This document shows, in pieces, positions 58,101 through 64,000 of a stretch of 64,000 nucleotides of DNA. The first letter of the stretch is position 1. Each line of letters starts with the position of its first letter. Origin of the DNA: a virus; IMG/VR virus record IMGVR_UViG_3300025122_000005, positions 126,184 to 190,183 of that record. One strand, 5' to 3'. The notes under the pieces are model-generated. The model did not search any database. It had not been told where the DNA came from and saw only the letters and a list, made by a program, of their open reading frames with translations. The position numbers and the translations under genes were made by a program.

Positions 58101-58213
58101 TGGTAACTGGTTCGGCTAACAGATACAAGGTTCTGCTTCACACAGATCTTGCGCTGGATTCCGACGATGTTCTTACTGTTACTTATCTTTCTGGTTCGGG
58201 AACTAATTCATAA
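55136..58213 (+). CDS. Fibre-like virion protein (1025 aa)
   Basis: Gly/Ser/Thr/Ala-rich, with DLGASGAKWKDLYIDG, DINGGAIDGATIG and VTTAKL fibre motifs and a C-terminal VYLNG...DY domain. SD AGGAGG. Confidence 0.75.
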   Translation: MARTRIGTKIIKIGGVTMDNLSSGSVKGHIAAGGFDLTASNAMKLYFAEPGAYTASTSTPRIHSTKSRFLYISAGGKGLNEDGAVIIGASGSNGANKSRLMVNDSKVMLDGNTQIDFMQGGSQIAAFSTGGDSGGGLTIDAGPSTGGGTNLLLRAYNATSGMQAIEIGHTIFTDGTGRFGLKVPQSGALMFRDTGSYIYSDAASKLKIKTVSDLEIESGRDIILDSTRATYFMDSSAQTAMIGYFTATGQPQRVIGDGRLEISDAGALGGDYYNIRFLGTSGTSTMSVYSGSTDILSFDGSHMKQKVSGGKLYFDGGTTYYAGSTAKFQYLTASAAYINSLEVDEIVSRTITKDSLEIKDNLIIAGVSGSTPGDYVGAGFQLGGKVGVAGTGSAPLMSLTLGSRTLTGDSLMVNVDGQEGASFKSGSVTQAALGKAGMRFGVTGSVSGSLVQAKRAELGHIAVGNVTSTSTVQGVSITGTTLVSGAAGTFHTTTTDKVVAKQINATSFTSSANVVFGGATSTVQVDGSLISNLSPLQSNKNDLGASGAKWKDLYIDGTGYFDAVDINGGAIDGATIGANSAAAGTFTAVAGTTGTYSGILKTDDTTAATSTTDGSLQTDGGLSVAGDAVIGDDIMLLSDAAVIHFGSDKDITLTHDADNGLRLSTLAANNGAGGLVTGSNIPSFVLHNASNSPADDDYLGGLYFSGMDDASNQKEYGSIVARAKDVTKDTTDGAVLFRAAINDTETTVIDFFDTAASTITVLDGAYDFNIASHDATNGLKLGGTLVSATAAELNLTDGAVAATVVGSKAVIYSTTGGLTGSAATIGGTVSGSAVTAHEVTTNKLHGTGIVTQDNMQTGSVLTAAILDSAVTTAKLGALSVTKAKLNSDVVINKTDANGGITYTSGRLSVGWRKHTFVRADGSNISGSVPMKGLHATNAVPTPYITASLGAQPMSGSIMVYLNGLLLHGDHIGNALSASAQHRSPTDYHLVTGSANRYKVLLHTDLALDSDDVLTVTYLSGSGTNS

Positions 58214-58241
58214 GAAATAGTTTCTAAAGAGAGAACATCTG

Positions 58242-58270
58242 GGGGGAGGCCGTAGCCTCCCCCTTTTTGT
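58242..58270 (+). terminator. Rho-independent terminator after fibre gene
   Basis: GGGGGAGGC-cgta-GCCTCCCCC followed by TTTTTGT. Confidence 0.85.
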
Positions 58271-58388
58271 TTATTTGTATCATTTATTAACGATACCTTT
58301 CGGGTTCTAGAATACTATTTATTTAAGAAAGAAGTTTAAAGATTAGTCGATTCTTGTCAAAAAATTGTTTTTTAAGGAGAAATAAAAT

Positions 58389-61300
58389 ATGTCCGTTGAT
58401 AGATTTAAATTCGTCTCACCTGGAGTTTTTATTAATGAAATTGATAACTCACAACCCGGGCCCGCCCCCGGGGTTCTCGGTCCTGCAATAATTGGTCGCT
58501 TAGAAAGAGGACCCAGTAACCGACCCGTCACTGTTGGGTCAATGAGTGAATTCGTAGAAATATTTGGAAATCCAATTGCCGGTGGTAGAGGCGGTGACGT
58601 TTGGAGAGATGGCAATTATCTTGCCCCTACATACGCAGCATACGCTGCCATGGCGTATCTGAGGAATTCAGCACCCGTTACTGTGGTGCGAGTACTCGGA
58701 GAGGCACACGACTCAGCGGTCGCGGGAGGTGAAGCAGGATGGAAACACTCTAACTCTCATGCTGCAGGAACGGATGTAACCCCATCAGGAAACGGTGGTG
58801 CTTTTGGACTATTCCTGTTTTCTTCGGGGTCCAACCAATACGATTTTGAAGGATCGTATGTTGGCGACAGGAGAAACTTGGGTGCTAAGAGTAGTAGAGC
58901 TAAAGCAAGAACCACTGGTTCTCTGGCGGCGGTTTGGTATTTCGATGCAGGTGCTATCGAGCTTTCGGGTACCTTTATAGCGGGACAACGAGCGACCTAC
59001 CGATCAGGATCGCAAGCAGCGAGTAAACTGGGCGCAGGCAATACTGCCGCCGCCGGTAATTCCATTTTCTTTAAGGCAAGTAACACCGACACGATGGAGT
59101 TCACAACTGTTCTTTTCGATAATGCGAACGTTGGCAAGAAGGTCACTTTTAATTTTGATAGGAATAGCGATAAATATATAAGAAAGGTTTTCAATACAAA
59201 TCCAACCCTCATGGGCAGCGCAGTCAGTGACTCGAAAAAGTATTTTCTGGGAGAGACATTTGACCGGCACGCGAAAGATCTGCACGGATCTGGAACACTT
59301 CATCAGGGCGAGTTGGGCGCGGACCCCACGCTTTATGGGTGTATTGTTGGATTACAGAGCACAACTCATAATTGGGGATCAAACCAGATAAGTACACAAC
59401 CTGCTAAAACAGGATGGTTTTTTGGTCAAGACCTTTCAAGCAACACAACTAAGTTTGATGCAGCAAAACAACAAAAATTATTTAGGATTGTTGGTTTGGA
59501 GGACGGCGAATGGTCTTCCCGAAATGTTAAGGTTTCAATAAGTGATCACCGCGCACCAAATGACGTGGATCCATATGGGTCTTTTTCTGTCACTTTGAGA
59601 TACACAAGGGATCACGACGGACAGCGAAAGGTTTTAGAAAGATTTAGTCAATGTAACTTGAATCCTAATTCAAATAATTTTATTGGTGCAAAGATAGGTG
59701 ACCAATATCAAGAATGGGATGAGACAGATAAGCGATATAGAACTTACGGGACTTGGCCAAATCAGTCTCGTTTTGTGAGAGTTGAATTAGATTCAGATGT
59801 GGAAGAGGGAATATCAGATCCGGCATATTTGCCATTTGGGTTCTACGGTCCACCTAGATATAAGAGATTCACTCTCACAGCTGTTACATCTGGAGAATTA
59901 TCCGGATCAACTGTTCACGCTATCAACGCTGGAAACGCAACCCCTAACGGTGGCGTAGAGGGCGCATTGATGTCCGGTTCGCTGTTTGTTTCTGGTTCAC
60001 GTAACGCGATTTTGTCTGGAGGATTAGGCGCAATTCCTTTTAAGTGTAACGGGATTTTCGCATCTGCAACAACTGGTTCTCACACAGTTTATGCTGGTGA
60101 AGCATCATCTGTCGCATCGGTTGTGTTCCCGTCACTTCCCCTAAGAAGATCTGCTTCTGCAGAGGGATTAAGAAACGACAAGATGGCTCACTTCGGAGTC
60201 AGCACTTACAGGTCACCCACAAGCACTAGATTTGATGAGTCTTATCTGGACATTGTAAGGGGTGGTCAAGGAATAGCAGCAGATACATATGACCCAGGCA
60301 ACAACACTGAATATTCTTTTATATTCACGCTAGACGACGTTATCGCAGCCAATTCGGCGGCCACTAGCGTTAAGACAGCGTTCTACCAGTCCGGATCTAG
60401 AAAAGCAGCTACTTCTTATACTGCACTTAGAATGGGCGCGGGGTCTGGCTCTTGGACGGAATTGATTAAGACCGGATTTACCAAGTTTACTTCACCGATG
60501 TATGGTGGTTTCGACGGTCTGAACATCAAGGAGAGAGCACCTTTTGGCAATCACGTTGTCGGTGCTTCCGGAGTGGCGTTTAAGAACAATTACGCGGCAA
60601 ACTCATTGAAGCGCGCCATCGATGCTGTGGCAGAACCAGAGGTTGTAGATATCAACCTAATGGCAGTCCCTGGCATTCGTGAGCCTCTCATCACAGACCA
60701 CGTATTAAGGGTCTGCGAGGACCGCGGAGACGCCCTTGCAGTGATCGATCTAGAGCAGGGTGGGTATCAGCCATCAACAGAAACAACCGATAACTTTAAG
60801 ACAAGAATATCCAATAATAATGTTACAGACTGTGTTAATACTCTGTCACAGAGAGGGCTAAACACGAGTTATGGTTGTGCTTACTTCCCGTGGGTAAAGA
60901 TCTACGATGAGATTAACGCACAACAGGTTTGGGTACCACCGTCAGTTGTGGCACTCGGCACAATGGCATCAACCCAGAGACTCGGCGAACTTTGGTTCGC
61001 TCCTGCAGGATTTACCCGCGGCGGTCTAAGTGAAGGCTCCGCTGGTATGCCGGTACTGGCGGTATCGCAAAGATTGTCTGCCAAGGATAGAGACGATCTA
61101 TATGAGAACCAAGTTAATCCGATAGCATCATTCCCGGCAGAGGGGATTGTGATTTTCGGACAAAAGACGCTACAGGCAACACCTTCAGCACTTGACAGAA
61201 TCAATGTCAGAAGACTAATGGTGTACCTAAAGAAGGAAATCTCCAGAATTGCTTCAAGACTGCTGTTTGAGCAGAATGTGCAGGCAACTTGGAATAAATT

Positions 61301-61511
61301 CCGCGGTCAGGTAGAACCATTCCTTCAGCAGGTGAAGTCTGGTTTTGGGGTTCAGGAATATAAGGTTGTTCTTGACGGAACTACGACAACTCCTGATTTA
61401 ATTGATAGAAACATCATGTATGCCAAGATCTTCATAAAGCCAGCGAAGGCTTTGGAATTCATTGCGATAGATTTTATTGTTACGAACCAAGGCGCGGCTT
61501 TTGATGATTAA
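58389..61511 (+). CDS. gp18: Tail sheath protein (gp18-like), 1040 aa
   Basis: FVSPGVFINEIDNS N-terminus. C-terminal WFAPAGFTRG, VNPIASFPAEGIVIFGQKTLQ, ALDRINVRRL and IKPAKALEFIAIDF motifs. Confidence 0.96.
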   Translation: MSVDRFKFVSPGVFINEIDNSQPGPAPGVLGPAIIGRLERGPSNRPVTVGSMSEFVEIFGNPIAGGRGGDVWRDGNYLAPTYAAYAAMAYLRNSAPVTVVRVLGEAHDSAVAGGEAGWKHSNSHAAGTDVTPSGNGGAFGLFLFSSGSNQYDFEGSYVGDRRNLGAKSSRAKARTTGSLAAVWYFDAGAIELSGTFIAGQRATYRSGSQAASKLGAGNTAAAGNSIFFKASNTDTMEFTTVLFDNANVGKKVTFNFDRNSDKYIRKVFNTNPTLMGSAVSDSKKYFLGETFDRHAKDLHGSGTLHQGELGADPTLYGCIVGLQSTTHNWGSNQISTQPAKTGWFFGQDLSSNTTKFDAAKQQKLFRIVGLEDGEWSSRNVKVSISDHRAPNDVDPYGSFSVTLRYTRDHDGQRKVLERFSQCNLNPNSNNFIGAKIGDQYQEWDETDKRYRTYGTWPNQSRFVRVELDSDVEEGISDPAYLPFGFYGPPRYKRFTLTAVTSGELSGSTVHAINAGNATPNGGVEGALMSGSLFVSGSRNAILSGGLGAIPFKCNGIFASATTGSHTVYAGEASSVASVVFPSLPLRRSASAEGLRNDKMAHFGVSTYRSPTSTRFDESYLDIVRGGQGIAADTYDPGNNTEYSFIFTLDDVIAANSAATSVKTAFYQSGSRKAATSYTALRMGAGSGSWTELIKTGFTKFTSPMYGGFDGLNIKERAPFGNHVVGASGVAFKNNYAANSLKRAIDAVAEPEVVDINLMAVPGIREPLITDHVLRVCEDRGDALAVIDLEQGGYQPSTETTDNFKTRISNNNVTDCVNTLSQRGLNTSYGCAYFPWVKIYDEINAQQVWVPPSVVALGTMASTQRLGELWFAPAGFTRGGLSEGSAGMPVLAVSQRLSAKDRDDLYENQVNPIASFPAEGIVIFGQKTLQATPSALDRINVRRLMVYLKKEISRIASRLLFEQNVQATWNKFRGQVEPFLQQVKSGFGVQEYKVVLDGTTTTPDLIDRNIMYAKIFIKPAKALEFIAIDFIVTNQGAAFDD

Positions 61512-61576
61512 AAGCAGCAATAAACAATATAATATGACTAGTTAAAGTTGTAGAGAAAACTAGGAGGACACCACAG

Positions 61577-62215
61577 ATGGGAAACCGAAGATTTTGGAGC
61601 GATCATTCAATTGAGCCAAAGAGAAAATTTAGATGGATTATGGGATTTAACGGAATCCCTTACTGGTTGCTCAAGAAAGCCAGCCGACCGACGGTGACTG
61701 TCACAGAGGCAGAGCACGTATTTTTAAATTATAAGTTTTTCTTTCCGGGTAGAGTAGAGTATGACGAGATGAGTGTAACTATAGCAGATCCTTTGCATCC
61801 GGATGCATCGAAAACGATGATGAAGCTATTAACAGACAGTGGATATATTACTCCTGATGCAATAAACCTGCAAAGTCCTAAGACCATGACAAAGAAGGCA
61901 GCTGTCCAATCTGTCGGCGGCAAGTTGTTTATGGCACAACTCGATGCCGAGGGCGAGGTCGTAGAAGAGTGGGCTTTTTGGAATCCCTGGATCAAGTCCG
62001 TCAACTTCGACGAGGCCGATTATGAGTCGGATGATCTAATCAATCTTGAAGTCACATTCAGATATGATTGGGCAACCGTATCTGGCATCGGCGATGTTTC
62101 CGTCGGGAAATTGGGTAAGAACCCTGGATTCTCTCCAGGGTTCGTCGACGGGAAAATCAAGAATTCGGGTGTCTCCCACGCACGGTCAAAAGAAAAAGGG
62201 CTGAAAAAAAGGTAA
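61577..62215 (+). CDS. gp19: Tail tube protein (gp19-like)
   Basis: EPKRKFRW...RP...FPGRVEYDEMSVTIADP...EEW...W.KSVNF...L.VT.RYDWA. Directly follows the sheath gene. Confidence 0.88.
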   Translation: MGNRRFWSDHSIEPKRKFRWIMGFNGIPYWLLKKASRPTVTVTEAEHVFLNYKFFFPGRVEYDEMSVTIADPLHPDASKTMMKLLTDSGYITPDAINLQSPKTMTKKAAVQSVGGKLFMAQLDAEGEVVEEWAFWNPWIKSVNFDEADYESDDLINLEVTFRYDWATVSGIGDVSVGKLGKNPGFSPGFVDGKIKNSGVSHARSKEKGLKKR

Positions 62216-62248
62216 AACAAAATTAAATATTTAATTTCATTTAAATAA

Positions 62249-62257
62249 TGCTATAAT
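62249..62257 (+). promoter_or_regulatory. Extended -10 element TGcTATAAT
   Basis: TG-c-TATAAT in the AT-rich gap, ending 28 nt upstream of the TTG at 62285. No convincing -35. Confidence 0.5.
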
Positions 62258-62284
62258 AGACAAGGTTAAGAAAGAGAGGAAAGT

Positions 62285-63136
62285 TTGTCGAATAAGAGAA
62301 ACGAAGCAAGAAGAAAACATTCAGCATCCCCACCAGATCCAGTCATGGAAAAGCCTTCGGGCGGATCTTTACTAAATTTTTCGATACCAACAGAAATTGT
62401 GGACCTCCCCTCAAAGGGGAGACTCTACCCTGTTGGTCATCCTTTACACGGTAAAGAAACGGTCGAAATCCGTCACATGACAGCAAAGGAAGAAGACATT
62501 TTGTCTTCTCAGTCCCTTCTAAGAAAAGGTCTAGCGATAAACAAGATGTTAGACAACATCATTATAGAAGAGGATGTAGTATCAGACAGTTTGTTGATTG
62601 GTGACAAAAACGCACTAATGTATGCCGCTCGTATTACTGGTTACGGTGCTGCTTATGATGCAGAAGTTGCGTGTCAGAATTGTGGTCAGGATTTTGAATT
62701 TCAATTTGATTTATCCAATTACAATGAGTGTTATACATCCATTGATGATGCTGATGATGTCAAATTCACAGAAAATGGCACTGCAGAAATGGAGTTGCCT
62801 AAAACTAAAATTCTAGTAGAGATACGCGCCCTTACCGGTGTGGATGAATTGAAGCTAGAAAAAACGAGAGAGATGAAGGAAAGAAATAAACTTCCAGATG
62901 CGGGACTAACAGACATGATGAAAATGATGATTTTTAGTGCAAATGGAGTTACGGATGCAGACCAAATTAATAGGCTTGTTGATGTACTTCCTGCATCAGA
63001 TTCTAAACTCATAAGGGACACCTACAAGAGAGTAATGCCCAACGTAGTCTTCAAGCAGGACGCCGAATGCCATCATTGTGGTCATACAATGGAAACGGAG
63101 GTGCCCATTACGGGCGGCTTCTTTTGGCCTGGGTAA
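62285..63136 (+). CDS. gp26: Baseplate hub assembly chaperone (gp26-like)
   Basis: VDLPSKGRLYP...IRHMTAKEEDIL...LLIGDKNALMYAARITGYG, two CxxC pairs and a terminal FFWP. TTG start with SD GAGAGG. Confidence 0.8.
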   Translation: MSNKRNEARRKHSASPPDPVMEKPSGGSLLNFSIPTEIVDLPSKGRLYPVGHPLHGKETVEIRHMTAKEEDILSSQSLLRKGLAINKMLDNIIIEEDVVSDSLLIGDKNALMYAARITGYGAAYDAEVACQNCGQDFEFQFDLSNYNECYTSIDDADDVKFTENGTAEMELPKTKILVEIRALTGVDELKLEKTREMKERNKLPDAGLTDMMKMMIFSANGVTDADQINRLVDVLPASDSKLIRDTYKRVMPNVVFKQDAECHHCGHTMETEVPITGGFFWPG

Positions 63137-63311
63137 CGAATATATTGAAAACGTCTATGAGGAGCTATTTGCTTTAAAGTATCATGGAGGTTGGAGCTTC
63201 ACAGAAGCATACAATCTTTCAATCCAAATCAGAAGATGGTTTCTACGAAGATTGCAGAAACAATTTGAATTTGAGAGCGATGAAATGGAAAAAGCCTCAA
63301 AGAAGAAGTAA
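63078..63311 (+). CDS. gp51-like assembly-chaperone segment; no convincing own start, probably reached by frameshift
   Basis: YEELFALKYHGGWSFTEAYNLSIQIRRWFLRRL resembles the short gp51-like proteins of T4-like phages as recalled. Lies in the +1 frame relative to gp26. Confidence 0.6.
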   Translation: MVIQWKRRCPLRAASFGLGNEYIENVYEELFALKYHGGWSFTEAYNLSIQIRRWFLRRLQKQFEFESDEMEKASKKK

Positions 63312-63340
63312 AATGGGGATCTTAATGGTCCCTATTTTAT
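63310..63340 (+). terminator. Possible terminator hairpin
   Basis: AAAATGGGGATC-ttaat-GGTCCCTATTTT with G:U pairs and a short T tract. Confidence 0.5.
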
Positions 63341-63393
63341 TATATGGCAACTATTTAACTTGATGGGATACATCTAAAGACGGAGGAATTATC

Positions 63394-63705
63394 TTGTCAG
63401 ACAAAACTAATGAAATTATAATTGACTTTACAAGCCTTAACGAAATGGCGATGAACCAGATGGCAGCACAGGTTCAACGACTGATGAGTATTATTATGAC
63501 AGGCACTTATTATCCTGCTACGATAAGGGGAACCCCCATGCAGGTTGATAGATTCACCCGCGCCCTTTCCGCTGAAAAGGACTATGTTATTGCCTATAAC
63601 AAACATGGGCTTGACAATCCTGCGACGTATAAGAGTCGATACCGACTCGACGGTGCTGTTAAGAGCTTCGAAAAAGATACCGGCTTAGTCTGGCCATTTA
63701 AATAA
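63394..63705 (+). CDS. Hypothetical protein (103 aa)
   Basis: TTG start with SD GGAGG and an upstream CTATTTA motif. Confidence 0.65.
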   Translation: MSDKTNEIIIDFTSLNEMAMNQMAAQVQRLMSIIMTGTYYPATIRGTPMQVDRFTRALSAEKDYVIAYNKHGLDNPATYKSRYRLDGAVKSFEKDTGLVWPFK

Positions 63706-63725
63706 GCGTGGCGAGGTATTAAAAA

Positions 63726-64000
63726 ATGGCCGACGATAATAAAACACCAGAACAACTAGAAAAAGAAGCTCGCGCCATCGAAGAGGTCAACAGGCGAGAG
63801 GCAGAAAGGCTGGAACACCTCCGGAAATCCGCTCAACTAGAGGAACGTATAGCAAGAGCTGCAGGCGATAAGGCAGCTGCCCTTAAAGCGAATATAGAAT
63901 TGCAGAATCGCTCTTTCGAAATAGAGAAAGACTCATTAATCCAAAAACAGGACATCGGCGACATCGATGAAGAAGATATTCTTCGCCTCGCCAAAAGGTA
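63726..64000 (+). CDS. Probable tape measure protein, 3' truncated
   Basis: ATG at 63726 with SD GAGGT, open to the window end. Helical E/A/R-rich sequence (MADDNKTPEQLEKEARAIEEVNRREAERLE). Position after tube and chaperone genes. Confidence 0.5.
   Translation, partial: MADDNKTPEQLEKEARAIEEVNRREAERLEHLRKSAQLEERIARAAGDKAAALKANIELQNRSFEIEKDSLIQKQDIGDIDEEDILRLAKR

Noticed and set aside
58389-62215. Interpretation as a bacterial contractile injection system or tailocin
   Set aside because: Terminase, portal, protease, scaffold and major capsid genes are present, so this is a complete phage morphogenesis region.
110-63606. Numerous 60-200 aa minus-strand and alternate-frame ORFs in the track
   Set aside because: All lie inside long + strand genes with recognisable products, and none has an SD or a protein motif. 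They are shadow ORFs.
1-64000. Genome-wide stop-codon reassignment (TAG to Gln) as in some jumbo phages
   Set aside because: Multi-kilobase ORFs are open in the standard code, and several genes end in TAG at sensible boundaries (27731, 33431, 36830, 54175).
1-64000. CRISPR array, tRNA genes, transposases, homing endonucleases, diversity-generating retroelement
   Set aside because: No regularly spaced direct repeats, cloverleafs, DDE/HNH/GIY-YIG/LAGLIDADG motifs or reverse transcriptase motifs were seen. Intergenic gaps are too short for arrays.

Overview
64 kb of a large T4-like myophage (jumbo-phage architecture). All credible genes lie on the + strand in the standard genetic code and most have strong Shine-Dalgarno sites. 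Order: baseplate/virion block (partial >1480-aa protein, gp25, gp6/J, DNRLRE-like protein, a 3688-aa gp7/I-like LamG protein, two large unknowns, two paralog pairs); a DNA-processing island (J-domain protein, RuvC-like resolvase, primase, fused Mre11-Rad50); a putative membrane/lysis trio; terminase, portal, prohead protease, ribosomal protein bS21, scaffold, major capsid protein; neck genes with a duplicated gp15-like gene; a 1025-aa fibre; tail sheath, tail tube, gp26-like chaperone with a start-less gp51-like downstream frame; and the probable start of a tape measure gene. Strongest leads: (1) a candidate +1 frameshift joining the gp26-like and gp51-like frames; (2) a [ST]-[GAS]-S tripeptide that recurs in exposed virion proteins, a possible modification sequon; (3) a CTAWTTA intergenic motif upstream of ten structural genes; (4) phage bS21 among SD-led late genes; (5) an unlisted 33-codon ORF or TAG readthrough before the prohead protease. 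No tRNA, CRISPR array, intron or intein was seen. All family assignments come from motif recognition by eye, not database searches.
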